A DNA stretch of 64,000 nt, taken from positions 58,156,001 through 58,220,000 of the forward strand of contig NC_042997.1 of NCBI RefSeq assembly GCF_006345805.1, read 5' to 3'. The notes beneath the pieces are model-generated. The model saw only the letters and a list, made by a program, of their open reading frames with translations, made no database searches and was not told the DNA's origin. The stretch is from Octopus sinensis. Its lineage: Eukaryota. Below are positions 1-13,975 of this stretch, one piece after another (the stretch's first letter is position 1; every line of letters starts with the position of its first letter). The position numbers were made by a program, and so were the translations under genes.

Positions 1-72
1 GGAACGTAACGACAGCCGAAATATGGCTACGCATTTCGCCCGGCGTGCTAACGTTTCTGCCAGCTCGCCGCC
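1..72 (-). mobile_element. 5' part of a tRNA-derived SINE (Meta-domain-like family), cut by the window edge
   Basis: Minus strand GGCGGCGAGCTGGCAGAAACGTTAGCACGCCGGGCGAAATGC is the head seen in the many copies elsewhere in the window. Confidence 0.75.
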
Positions 73-73
73 A

Positions 74-219
74 ATATATATATATACACATATGTGTGTG
101 TGTGTGTGTGTGTGGTGTGTGTGTGTGTGTGTGTGGTGTGTGTGTGTGTGTGTGTGTGTGTTGTGTGTGTGTGTGTGTGAGTGTGTGTGTGTGAGTGTGT
201 GTATGTGTGTGTGTGTATA

Positions 220-255
<36 letters not shown>
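74..255. repeat. Compound (TA)n/(TG)n microsatellite
   Basis: Visible directly. Confidence 0.95.
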
Positions 256-256
<1 letters not shown>

Positions 257-1266
257 CATCATTATTTAATATCCACTTTGCCATACTTGTATGGATCAGA
301 TGGAATTTGTTGAGGTAGATTCTCTATAGATGGATGCGTTTCCTGCGGCCAATTCTTGTCTGTTTTGTGTTGCTTGGTTTTGTTTTACTCCAGCCATAAA
401 AGACCAAGGTTGAACCTTGAGATCATGCACAAATAACTGATAGGTTGCTCCACACACTGGATCCCGTTAAATTGAGCTAACTGGGTCTACTTTGCCACCA
501 ACTTCAACAGCAACAAAAGTTACTACTACTGCCACCACCACTGCTGCTTCTAAGACAAAAAAATGAAGCTTTCGTTCAGAATTGATGATGACTTGGAAGA
601 ATGCATATGCTTTGCCAATTGTTTAGGGAGATGATGCAAACATAGATATTCTCTTTGTCTTCCAGTATGTGGAATGCTGGAGGAAGAGAGAAATGTACCA
701 GCATAGTTGACCTTAGCAGGATTTGAACTCATAACTTAAAGACCAGAAGAAATATTGCAATGCATTTTGTCCAATGTTCTACTGATGCCTAGATGGCTAC
801 TACTATATCTACGAAAAATATTTGAATGTCATTTCATAACCACCAACATTACCCATAGGTATCTTAGATACATAATACTATACTGGAAAAAATTTCTTCC
901 AGCTAACGAATCTTTACCACTTCACCATTGATGTCAAAATACCTGAAAATTCCTCAAGCAATTTGATCTTCTCAAGTAATTTGATTCTATTTCTAAAGTG
1001 GCTTTTAACATGTGTGCTTGTAGTTTCAAGAGGTCATGCTTATTTAAGAAATCACATCACCAACATTAGGACCCCTTTTATCATTATCATTAGAAGCAAA
1101 TAAGAATGCTATTGTTATCAAATGAACAATATTTTGACATCTTGTGTGTCTTCCACAGGCTTAAAAATAAACTTGTCAATCTACACAACATGTCGAAATA
1201 TTGTTCATTTGATAACAATGGCACTCTTCTTTATTTTCTTCTATACATTTCTGGAGAAGTAACCTC

Positions 1267-1658
<392 letters not shown>

Positions 1659-1660
1659 AT

Positions 1661-2290
1661 TATTCAGTACTTTTATTTTTATCATGTACTTTCACTTCCC
1701 TACTGAGTATAGCTTTGTGTGCCTTGGGTATATGCTTTGGTTTGTTTTGTTGCTATTTTCACTGTATTGAAAGTGCTTTATGTCGGATGTATGCAGTGCC
1801 TAGTAGTGATATTTTCTGTATGTTATATATATTCGTAAGTTCTGGTCTTTTGTTTATGTATTTGTTTGTCTGTTTTTTAATCATACCTAATACACCTATT
1901 ATTATAGGGATTGTTTCAGCTTTTAGGCTCCAAATCCAGATTACTTCTATTTCCAGATCTTTGTATTTTGAGAGACTCTCTGTTTCTTTTAGAGATACAG
2001 TGTTGTCTGTTGAGATTGAAACATCAATTAGAAGGCATTTTTTATCTTGGTGATCTCTGACAATTATGTCTGGTTTATTAGCCTTGATATCTCTATCTGT
2101 GTGTATTGGCATATCCCACAGTATGGTTGTTTTGTCATTTTCAGAGACCTTTTCTGGGATATGCATATACCATCTTTTTTCTATTGTTATTCCATAGTTT
2201 TGGCATAGACTTTGTCATGTCTGTCAATATATTCCTTCTTAGCTAAAATTGGGCAGCCAGAGACTATATGATTTATTGTTTATTAATTAT
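1661..2290 (-). mobile_element. 5'-truncated Dong/R4-clade non-LTR retrotransposon (zinc-knuckle remnant, restriction-like endonuclease, 3' UTR)
   Basis: ORF 1759-2166 reads ILWDMPIHTDRDIKANKPDIIVRD..CLLIDVSIS..KYKDLEIE..PIIIGVLG..LLGTAYI (PD-(D/E)xK RLE); upstream TINHIVSGCPILAKKEY. Confidence 0.88.
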
Positions 2291-2389
2291 TCAGAGACTA
2301 TATGATTTATTGTTCATTAATTACTATTAGTAATAATAATAATAATAATAATAATATAATAATATATTATTATTATTATTATTATTATC

Positions 2390-4560
2390 ATAAAAGACAT
2401 CACACAGTATCCAATAACATGATGTTGTTGATTGAAGATATTGTGTCTACTGGAAGTTTGTACTGCCTGCCCTCAAACTGACAGTACTTTACGCAATATG
2501 TGTGCAGTTCCAAGTAATGCTGATTTTTACCATTTACCTAGATTTTGCAATACACCTATATTTTGCAATCTAAAGTTTCCAGCTGTTTCTTCAGCTTGGG
2601 TGGTATTGAACCCAATACTCCGATGACAACAGAGACAACCTTTATTTACACTGGATGGATAGGTGTCCTCAACGTTTTGGCTGATGTACTCTCCAGCCTT
2701 CATCAAGTGTCTTGGTGGAATTTTGAACCCAACACCTATCCATCCAGTGTAAATAATGTACATAATTCCTCATCTCTAAAATATAGAACAGGGCAACCTT
2801 TATGTTTGACTCTCGTAGCTGCCACATCTTGGCAATCTCAATTCTCAGATCTCCATATTTATTAAATTTTTTCTCTTTCTTTCATGATAATATGTTGATC
2901 TCCTGGCACTGCCATGTCAATTATTAGGCATTATTCTTCACAAATTTATAAATTTTACATTGCAATACGTGAATAACAGTGTAGTTAGTCACAGACTTCC
3001 AACAGGAATGTTGTGAACCAGTCACAACATACTTCTGACATAGTAGCCAGTGAAGGTTTTAGGCTACCCTGTCATGTCTGTACTTGTACTCTTTTTGTGC
3101 AAGACTTTCATTAGCACTAACAATATGAGTCACATTTTTGACATTTTTCCCACACATTCTGCAGAGGTTTGTTGCACTTGTGTGGTATATATTCCTTTTC
3201 CTTGAGTTGGTGTTCAATACTTGATCCTGGGCAGCGATGATTAAGCTTTCAGTCTTCTTTTTTAGGTTACCCTTGCTGAGCCACCTCCATGACACTTCTT
3301 GGTCTTCTAACCCGTTAGTTTCATGGTAGAACTGACCATGCAATTCCATGTGGAGTAGAGTTTCTTCTCTCTTGTTGGCTATTTGTGATCGAAATTCATT
3401 AGCATTCTCAAGTCCATTTTTGGTAAATCCTTCTGCATTAGCAGCATGCTGTAGCAGGTCTTGTTTGCTGTTTACCAAATATTCTACCATGTTTCTTCAC
3501 TCACTGTTGATGCACTTCTGTATGCTAATCAGCCCAAACCACCTTTACACTTCTTCAAGTAGAGCCTATGTTCGCTCACCTTATAATGGAGGGCACCATG
3601 GACTATCATTGTCTTTCGAGTAGTGCGATCAAGTTGGTTAATCTCTGCTTGTGTTCATTTCAGGATGTGTGCACTATAGCAGACTACAGCAACAGCCCAT
3701 ATGTTGATGGCAGTCACAAGGTTCCTTGAGTTGAGTTTTGATCTCTGTCAGTTAGGTTGTGATCCTATGGCACCAATTGTGCACCCACAGTTTATAATAA
3801 ATATACCATATGAAATTCTTACAACTTATTTTCTGCATATCACACATGACCATTTCCAAAAAAGCAGTTCATTCTTTCTTGCTTCCCACAAACTAAAAGT
3901 ATGTAAGGCATGCTAACTTACTCACTTATACTTAGCACCCACCTTGCTGTCAACATCTTTGAACTTGGCTTCCATGGTTCTCACAAGCCATTCATCTACA
4001 CCTGGTTTTTCTAGTGATCATCAAATTACAGCACATGATACCCTGTTAAAGGCCTTCTACAGGTAAAAATAAAATGCTAGGTATAGTGGCTTGCTTTTTG
4101 CTAAGAACATCTATAGTTGTTGTAGATGTCTCACTAGGAAGAGGTGATCTGTAAGATCCTGTTATGGAATAGACATGAACAGTATATCATCTAAGCTAAT
4201 TATTTTCTAATCGATTGTGTTAAAACTTTTTGCTATTCTTATAAAACTTGGTCCATCAATTTGACACCTCTGTAGTTGTTTCTTTCTGGAGCATCTCTAG
4301 AGCATATTTTCCTGAGTAGCAATGGATGATGATAATGCTATGCCAGTGGTTGTAATTAACCCCTTCTTGTACTCCCTGACTATGTAAATGATTAGTATAT
4401 GTCTTGCTTTGACAGATATTTTCAGCATCTCAGCTGTTGTCCCTAATGATTCAGCTGTATTCCTTACTTCCATATCCTTGCTTCCACTTCAATCATACAG
4501 CTGTCAATTTCAATAGTTAGTCCTTTTTTTAGTCTATTTGAGATAGTTTTTCTCTATTCC
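2390..4560 (-). mobile_element. Degenerate Dong/R4-clade LINE with (AAT)n tail
   Basis: ORF 3059-3490 has LHGQF..SWRWL..TESLIIAAQDQVLNT..CRMCGKNVKNVTHIVSA..YKYRHDRVA; C-terminal VVIGVLG..KSALLGTAHILRKVL near 2480-2630. Multiple stops; upper boundary approximate. Confidence 0.8.
2642..2789 (-). mobile_element. Mini Penelope-type element with a decayed hammerhead motif, inserted in the Dong element
   Basis: 25-bp perfect inverted repeat (2642-2666 / 2732-2756); flanking duplication caaccttta (2636-2644 / 2794-2802); hammerhead-like core near 2668-2711; terminal segment shared with 37378-37411. Confidence 0.65.
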
Positions 4561-5325
4561 ATGAATTTTTCTTATTCAGCAGCTTCTCATACTAGCATAT
4601 TTATACCTCTTCCCGGCATTAGTGAAGGTGAATATATTGCTATCCTTACATAAACCATTTTTCATCCAAGATAGACAGATAGAAGGATGGTTGGGTGAAG
4701 GGACAAACGGAGAGAGGGAGAAAAAAAAAAGACAAGTAAAAATAATTCTGTTATCTCAGAACATTAAGTGAAAACAGCTTAAAGTGAATACAATGACTGA
4801 TTAGCATCTATAGGCAGTTCTTTTGGAATAGAGCAGATATCTACATAGTTGTTGCCACAAATGTAATAACCAAGTTGGTGTGACAATTCAGCTGCAGTAC
4901 TAAAAAACCAGAACTGAATTTTCTACAACTTTTGCACTATTTCCTCACTATCCACTATGTAGCTAAAATACATTTGAACACTAAACACTCAAGTCTTTTC
5001 AAGTTACCCCACTCCTTTTCAACAGTGCAGAAGGATCTTAAAATAGTATGAAAACAGTCCTTCCTCTTCTGATAGTGTGGTAGTCCCGTTAACCATTGTA
5101 TTGTAAGAATACCACAAAAATTTCTTCATGTCGTTGCATCAAGATCAAATCAATATGGAGGTGCCCATCCATTTTAAACCTACATAAGCAGTGGTGTGTG
5201 GACACAAAGTTTCCTTTGTATCCAAGTGGTTCTCTGTTCTATTCAACTGCCTGGCACCTATGGCAAATATCTTCTACTATAGCCTTGGATTGAGTGAAAT
5301 TGGTTAGAACCTGTATAAACCTGTC

Positions 5326-5393
<68 letters not shown>

Positions 5394-5871
5394 ATGCATG
5401 CATATGTGTGTGCAGGCATGTGGAATAAAAATACCTTTCTTGAAAAATAGGTATGGGTCAATGACAAGAAAGGCATTCTTTCACAGAATACTGCCACAGT
5501 AAGACTTGTCTAACCTGTGCCAGTATGGAAAAAGCAGATACTAATATGATAATAATGAGCATGTCTGCTTCAAGCTCAGCACTGCTAACAAAGCAAAGCT
5601 AACTCACAAACATGCCAATGAGGGAGTCTCATGTGGTTACTTGACCTTCTGGAATTATCTGCAAAAGAGTACTCTATTTGTGAAAATAAGATGAGGTGGT
5701 TGTGGCTTCAGTTTCTTTCATCATTGGTCTACTACACTGGATTTGACTCAAGGTGAAACAACAGTAATAACAAATGCTACAACATATCTCCATTTTTCAG
5801 TGATCCTGTTGCTTACATTCATAAGGTGTACATCTGTATTCTGATAACTATTCTCTCTCCCCCCACCACAT

Positions 5872-5909
<38 letters not shown>

Positions 5910-5951
5910 CACACACACACACACACACACGCACGCACGCACGCGCACGCA

Positions 5952-6016
<65 letters not shown>

Positions 6017-6090
6017 CACACACACACACAACACACACACACACACGCACGCACGCACACACACACACACACCACACACACACACACACA
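5872..6090. repeat. Long interrupted (CA)n microsatellite
   Basis: Visible directly. Confidence 0.95.
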
Positions 6091-6132
6091 AAAATATGAA
6101 TTCAAGTTTGAATATGTCTTGTTGGTACTGAC

Positions 6133-6212
6133 CTTGAAAATCTGGGGTGCTATCTTCTAATTCATCCTCAGCTGAAGGAATCTCTCCCAAATTTTGTATA
6201 ATAGTATAACCC
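6133..6212 (-). CDS. MORN1: Probable MORN1-like internal exon (80 nt, phase 2 to phase 1)
   Basis: Strong acceptor cttcttcttacag|G and donor AAG|gtcagt. Open in the phase left by exon 18022-18112: GYTIIQNLGEIPSAEDELEDSTPDFQ. Sequence similarity is weak, so support is mainly splice signals and phase. Confidence 0.65.
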
Positions 6213-6399
6213 CTGTAAGAAGAAGATTATCTTGAAATAGAGAAATTTTAACATTTAAACAATCAATTAAATATCTAAATATCTGAAATGAGCTGTTGTT
6301 TATAAATTTACAATACTTAAGTTAATTAACATCCACTTTAGAATGCATATCTATACTATTCAATTTACATTACATTTTGGTTGGTTTGATCCGGATGTC

Positions 6400-6915
6400 T
6401 ACATAGTCTCAGTGCAACCAGATAAATATCTGCCACCAGGCCTCTACCATACTATGAAAGTCTTGCTTCCCTGGGTATGAACATGTTAAAGCTGTGACAT
6501 CTGGCAACTGACTTGGTAGACACCTACAAAATTATTCACCATCTTTCCAATAACAACCTTGAGCACTCTTTTGAATTCCATGTGTCTAACACTTGTAGAC
6601 ATGTTTACAAAGTCAAAAACAACACACCATCTATGACTTTTGGAAACATTGTTTCACACTCAGAATTGCTTAAACATGGAATAAACTACCCACATCAGTT
6701 GTTAGCTCTCAGGACTCTACATCCTTGAAAACTTACTTGCTTCCTGAAATTCATCAACGGCACACCTGATGCCCCCACCTCCATTTCATTTTTAAAGATT
6801 TATTCACTGCTCACTTCCCAAGCATATTCTATGTACTGTTAATGCAATCTTGGTCACTTTTTCTGATGAGCTGCAGTGCACTTGAGCACTGTATACAATA
6901 AGTTAATTATTATTA
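6400..6915 (+). mobile_element. CR1-like LINE 3' fragment
   Basis: DLVDTYKIIH..SNTCRHVYKV..FTLRIAKTWNKLP resembles CR1 ORF2 C-termini; ends in an (ATT) tail. Confidence 0.6.
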
Positions 6916-7985
6916 AATAACAATGAACTTACTGTATTTACTCATATATAAATCATACTCCTATTTTAGTATTAAATCATGATACAAAATTGCTTTCCTT
7001 CATGTTCAAACTTTGCCTTGTGTACAGGTTGCTTTCAAGTTTTTCCAGTTAAATTCAGGTACAAATACTGCAACTGTGACACATTCCTAAGTTAAAGACA
7101 ATAATGCTGTTGACTACTAAGCCTCTTGGGATTTATACTCAATGTTGCAATTTTAGGTTATTTAAATTTACTTTCCAGTAATGGCAGTTGACACTTGATG
7201 ATAATCAGAGATCAAACCAATCAAAATATACTATAGATATAAATACTGGAAATATAAATGAGATTAATTAGCTTGTAAAATGATAATCTTATAGAAATAG
7301 CCATTATGTCACAGTACTACATTTCATCTTTAATTTCAGATTTGTTGGTTGGGAGACTTATGGATAAGTTGATCAAAGGTCAAGGTTAGTGTGGTTAAAC
7401 ATTAGTAGCATTGACTAATATGTTCAGGAGAGATGGTGGTATCATTGGTAATATGACTGGACAATGTCTTGTCTTGACACTGTGTGACTGTTGTAAATGA
7501 GGATCACTTGTCATAAAAACAATGTCGTTCATTTCCAATATTCTCTGATAATATGTCTGGCCATGGTGAAACATAAATCTTGCTTGGAAACAGGAGAGGA
7601 TTGACAACAAGAAGGGCATTGGCTATAGAAAATCTACCTCAATAAACTTCATCTGATTAAGCAAGCATGGAAAAATAGACATTAAAACAATAGTGATAAT
7701 GATGATGAATGAATGCAAGCTGGATAAAAGAGATGATGTTGACTAAGAATGAAGGATAAACACAGAAGAAACTGATCAAGAAAGAAAGTAGGAAGAAATG
7801 GTATGGTCAGATCACAACTGGTTTCATAAATGGGACGATACAAGATTAAGATGACTAGAAAGATATATAAGTCTTGCAAACTTTTCCAACCCATACCACT
7901 AACAAAAGTATTAACAAGATAATGACAGCAATAATAATGGTTATGATGATGATGAAGGTAATGATATGATGGTAACAGAATTAGT

Positions 7986-8206
7986 CTTTTCTACTATAGG
8001 CACAAGGCACAAGGCCTGAAATTTTGGGGGAAGGGGCAAGTCGCTTACATTAACCCCAGTTCTTAACTGGTACTTAATTTATTGAATCCAAAAGGATGAA
8101 AGGCAAAGTTGACCTCAGTGGAATTTGAACTCAGAACGTAGTGGCAGACGAAATATCGCTAAACATTTTGCCCAGTGTGTTAACGATTCTGCCAGCTTGC
8201 CGACTT
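7986..8206 (-). mobile_element. Full-length tRNA-derived SINE with 17-bp TSD
   Basis: TSD atggtaacagaattagt at 7969-7985 and 8207-8223; B-box-like GAGTTCAAATTCC; central GCCTTTCATCCTTT..ATAAATTAAGTACCAG segment resembling the MetaSINE domain. Confidence 0.85.
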
Positions 8207-8800
8207 ATGGTAACAGAATTAGTATCAATGTTAAGGTGATGAGCTAGCTGAATCATTGGCATGCTAGACAAAATACTTTGCAGCATTTCATCTGTCTATG
8301 TTCTTGGTTCAAATTCTTCCAAGGCTGACTTTTATCCCTTTGGGGTTGATGAAATAAGTACCAATTAAACATTGGGATTGAAGTAATTGACTAAACCCCT
8401 CCCTCAATATTTCAGGCCTTGTACCTATAATAGAAAGGATTATTATTGTTAGTAGTAGTAGCAGTAGTTGTAGTAGTAGTAAGGATCACATTAACAAGTG
8501 CAACATGATAAAGAGAAACATCTTAATTGCAAACTAGTGTTTCAATGATATTTTTATGTTTCGATGATGTTTCAAATATCTACCTAGCATTTGTTTTTAA
8601 ACCTGTTGATGTAAATGACAGCTAAAAATACTGAATTAAATAAAAATGAGTGAATTCTAAATTTTATGAAAGTTTTAGTTTGAAACATTTACCGATTTTC
8701 TACATTAATTGATTGGAACCAAATCTCTTTCTAGGAAAGTATTACAGCTAAGTGCAATTCTACGTGTGCTTGCACATGTGTGTATGTATGTATATACCAT

Positions 8801-8832
<32 letters not shown>

Positions 8833-9068
8833 CAAACACACACTTTTCCATACACACACATATATATATATACATCTATATTTATGTGTGTGTGTGTATA
8901 TATATATGTATATCTACATACATTCATGCAAGCATCCATACATAAATTCATACACACATACACACATGCGTGTATATATATATATGTATTTATGTATATG
9001 TATGTATATATATATATATATATATGTATTTATGTATTTGTGTGCATATATGTATGTATGTATGTATG

Positions 9069-9120
<52 letters not shown>

Positions 9121-10653
9121 ATATATATATATCTGTATGTGTGTATGTGTTAAACATCCAAATAATACATACAAACATACATATACTTGAACACCCCAAT
9201 ATATTAGCTTTCACTTAACTGGCTGATACGCTCACTCTCCCATACATATAAATAAATTTCCACATAAAAGCAATCACATAACACACTGAATACATTGACA
9301 TATATATATTTACATACAAACACATGTAAGTACCTATTGCAAAGTGCGTGCACACACACGCGTACACACAGACACAGACACACACACACACTAGAAACAC
9401 ATGTAATTTCAATGCAGGAACACACAGGTACATACATCCATGTGTGACAGATTCTATTCTGGATGTCTTAATAAAATTTTCTGTTATAAATGCTTTATAT
9501 ATTTCTTATCAAAAAGATAAGGTTGCACAAAAAGAAATCAAGATATTGGAAGTAAAAGATTTATGAACACAACCAGCATTGTGTCAGTAAGTTTTTTCTC
9601 ATTCTTTACTAAAGATTACTTTCAATCTACTTGATGACAGCTGCCTTCTAAGTCACTGCATATTTAAAACAGGTTTCAGATAAACAAAGTTACAACCCAA
9701 TGGTAGAATGTGTAAGTTTTTATTGGTCTTTCACAGATAGATAGAAAGATAGCTAGTTAGCTAGCTAGATGGATGGATGGATGGGTGGGTGGATGCCTGC
9801 ATGCAGAAAAAAGAGAACATCTATGGATCATTGATAAGGAGTTTGCAATCCAGTACCTAAGATACACTTTTACTTTCATACCCACTACCATCACAGCAAA
9901 CAGGATATGTACCTATCCACCGGCAGCAAGTGTGGCTAAATCTGGATTCTGGGAGAGGGAATGCAACTCCTTAATTCTTACACTACAAATGATTGTGATA
10001 TCTGAGATAATAAAAATATGCAAGACCTTAGGATTTAATGGATAAATAAGCAAAAAGCTTTTCTTCACAACCTTGCTACCAAGCAGGTGTCTAATCAAAT
10101 TTAAAAAGAGTAAAAGAAACATATACATACATATATGCATGCATACATGCATCGATGGATGGACGAATGTAGTAGAGGAGAGGAAATACAACAAGATAAA
10201 ATGTTTGATGTTTACTGCCATGAAGATCAAATATTCTTGAATGTACATATGGTAAATGAGATCAGATTGAAATTTTGACACATTTTGTGTTTGTGTCATA
10301 TGCTGAACAGATTTGTATTATAGCAAACAGGATAATTTACTGACTTGTATTTTAGCATTAATAGACAAGATATCAATTAATTATGTGTTCAGAAGCCTGC
10401 TTTTGGTGTCTCATGGGAATGTGAAAATTTGCTACAGAATCATTAATGTCTCAATATTAATAATAACTTATCAACCCATATAAGAGTTTATTCAAAATTG
10501 AGCTACAATGACAAGGTTTCTTCTATCTGCCAAACCATTTGAATACACATTTCATGCTATGGATCAGTTATTCTGTGAATCTTATACCTTTACTTTAAAT
10601 ACATAACATAAATTAATCACATCATATTTAGCTCTCCTCTGGCATGTCTTTAA

Positions 10654-10873
10654 CCCTTTCAATACCAACCTGGCTGAAACTGCCTCTGGCCCTGTAGTAC
10701 AAATGTCTTGTTTGCATAAGTTTTGAAATAAAATCTTCCACCAAACTTTAGTCACAATTTATGTTCCTAACACTAGCTTAATGATAATTAAGTTATTTTA
10801 CTAAATTCTTTGATATATTTAAAATTAATTGAAAAAAACAGAGCATCTCAAAAGAAATTCAGTAATGAAAGGG
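10654..10873. mobile_element. piggyBac-type MITE (family B)
   Basis: TTAA|CCCTTTCA ... TGAAAGGG|TTAA: terminal inverted repeats with TTAA TSD at 10650-10653 and 10874-10877. Confidence 0.8.
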
Positions 10874-11534
10874 TTAAAGCATGACTGTCCACAGTTTGTG
10901 ATTTCAAGCAGTTTATCACTCTTTAAATGTTGTAATTTGTTCATTTATATTTATAAGTAACTCTGCCTTACTTCACCCTTCTACACCCAGTCCTCATAAG
11001 AGTATTGTTCACATATCTCGTATATTGCTGCTATGGCACACACAAACATTATACATCATGTCCAAAAAGAGTCCTTCTGATTGGGACATCTGAAATCACA
11101 AACATGTTACAACCACTAAACTTTTCATTTACTACATCCTTCTTTTTTTTTTACAACTGCTACAATGGTTCCTGGTCTCCTGAATTAGCATGCTGTGTGC
11201 AATCAACAGTGCATCTATCTTTCTTCTTCTCATCTTTCCTATTATGTCATACTCAATTTGTCTGGCCTTTTTCTCCCACACAACTGCAACTAAACAGAAT
11301 TCACTTCTTGGTCATATTTTCCCAACAGATGCCAAGCTGAAATAAAGCCCATCAACCACATATAATAGGCTTCTTTCAGTCTTTTTCTATCAAATCCACT
11401 AACAAGGTTTTGGCTGGCCCAAAGTGCAAGTTAAAAACACTTGCTCAAGATGCCATGCAGTGAGAATGAACCCAAAATCAAGTGGTTGGGAAGTAAGCTT
11501 CTTAACCACACAACCATAAATGTATAATAATAAT

Positions 11535-11985
11535 TCTTTCTACTAAAGGCACAAGGACTGAAATTTGGGGGAGGGATAGTCGATTACATCTACTCCAGTA
11601 CTTGACTGGTAGTTAATTTATTGACCTCGAAAGGATGAAAGGCAAAGTCAATCTCAGTGGAATTTGAATTCAGAAGTATAAGGATGGATGAAATGCTGCT
11701 AAGCATTTTGCCTGGCATGATAAACGATTCTGTCAGCTCACTGTCTTACAATAATAATAATAATAATCTTTTCTACTCTAGGCACAAGGCCTGAAATTTT
11801 TTTAGGGATGGGGCCAGTTGATTAGTTCAACTCCAGTACACAACTAGTACTTAATTTATGGACCCCGAAAAGATGAAAAGCAAAGTCGATCTTGGTGGAA
11901 TTTGAACTCAGAATGTAAAGACAAATGAAATACCTCAAAGCATTTTGCCCAGCATGCTAACGTTTCTGCCAACTCGCTGCCTTAC

Positions 11986-12016
<31 letters not shown>

Positions 12017-12420
12017 GTAATAGTTTCAAATTTAGGCACAAGGCCGCAAGTTTGGGGTAGGAGATGAATCGATTACATCAATTTCAGTCCTCAACTGGTA
12101 TTCATTTTATTGACTCTGAAAGGATGAAAGGCAAGCCAGTCTCAGCAGAATTTGAACTCAGAACATAAAGACAGATGAAATGCCACTAAACATTTTACCC
12201 GGCACACTAATATTTCTGCCAGCTTGCCACCTTAATAATAATAGTAATATTAATAATCCTTTCTAGTAATGGCACAAGGGCTGAAGTTTAGGGGCGGGGG
12301 GACTAGTTGATTACATTGACCCCAGTGTTTCACTGGTACTTAATTTATTGATCCTGAAAATATGAAAGGCAAAGTCGACTTTGGTAGAATTTGAACTAAG
12401 AATATAGCGATGGGCAAATT
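11535..12420 (-). repeat. Head-to-tail cluster of four SINE copies separated by (AAT)n
   Basis: Four diverged ~220-bp units each starting (plus strand) tttctact..ggcacaaggc or similar. Confidence 0.85.
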
Positions 12421-13751
12421 CTCCATCTCAGAAATTTCCAATAAAATTGTCCCTCTCTGTACTATTACTGCTACCACTAGCAACAGCATCCAATACTGCT
12501 TTCTTGTAGAATCTTACAGTGTTTAATGACATGCTTGATGAAGTCTTCTGTCAGTGATGTCATGTTTCCTTATTGACACAAAAACTTAACATATCACTAA
12601 CATTTCAAGTTTTCCCTCTAGTGTCAGCTTGTTGACTGATGGTTTATCTCTAGAACATTTCTGTGGCTTCAGCAAAACAACAGCAACAACAACAAAAGTA
12701 TAAAGGTCAAGGTTCAATTATCTTAACATTTCCACACATCTAAACATAATCCTCCCACTGATATACTACAATTGTGAAATTAATGTCTGAGATACTTTGT
12801 TAAAATATTGTTAATGTCGGAAGAAAGGGAGTGAGAGAGGAAAGAGAAGGAGGAAAACAAAATAGAGAGAACAAGCATGTGCGTGCGTGTGTGTGTGTGG
12901 GTGTTTGCATATATGTGTAGGTATGAAAATGTATGCATTGTGGAATAAGTGGGAGTCAAATAGAGAACTAGAAAAGATGGGGGTGGTATAAATTCTTGTG
13001 AAAATCAGGTTTATAAGCTGGTTACAATTATACTGGAAGGACGCTGTGGTTGTTAATGATGGCAATGATATGGCTGTAGTCTAGAGCATAGATCTTGTTA
13101 TTTTTGATATTGCTGTGTTGTACCTCTCTCCCTGTCAGTCCTGAGTAAGTAAATCTTTAATCAATGACATTCCAGCTGTAACCATCTCATCTTTTTTAAT
13201 AGAGTAAGTTGCGATATGTGATAGTTTTGGCTGTTAATTTAATTCTATCACATCATCATCATCATCATTTAACATCCATTTTTTGATACTGGTGTGGATT
13301 AGATGGTTTGACTGGAGAAGGTATGCTGGAGAGCTGCACTAGATTCCAGTCTGAACTTGGCTTGGCTTGGTTTCTACAGCTGGAAGCCCTTCCTAATGCC
13401 AACCATTCTAGAGAGTGTACCAGGTGTCTTTTACATGTCATCAGTACTGGCCACAACCATGATTTCACTTAGCTTGATGTGACTTCTCAAGCACAGAAAA
13501 TTGCCAGAAATCTCGGTCACTTGTCATCGCTTCTGCAAGACTCAACAACCAAAGCTATCTAATAAAGACTTCCTTGTTAACATTATTGTATTCCTGTAAG
13601 TTTTGGTGGTGGTCACATAGAAGGCAGGGTTGTCTTAACTACCCTCAGGAAAACAATGCACTAGGGCCCCTATAAATCACAGTATACATAAATTAGCATT
13701 GTCCTCAGGTCTTGTGGGTGCCCCTGACAACAGCCAAGTATGCCATGCTTT

Positions 13752-13975
13752 AAACCTTTCACATTCAGATTACTCTGTCAAGTGTAATGCTTATATATTC
13801 ACATTGTTTTGAATTAATCATGTATAATATCGTAGTTTCAAGATTCTGATAATGTGATTGTTTATTTTTAGAATGACATTGTAAAATAGGTGTGAGAGGC
13901 TGGATCTGGTCATCTTGTGCATAAAGGAGATACAATATTTGGTCTGGATATAACTATTTTAAATGTTAATGGGTC
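13752..13975. mobile_element. piggyBac-type MITE family A copy
   Basis: Same ~225-bp sequence as 53793-54013; sits inside a probable older TIR element (agggttgtcttaac from 13626 / gtcaagacagccct to 13986). Confidence 0.7.

Noticed and set aside
5748-6160. Overlapping CV/HT-rich ORFs, and similar ones at 23-284, 8709-9437 and 25472-26075
   Set aside because: Translations of (CA)n/(TA)n microsatellites.
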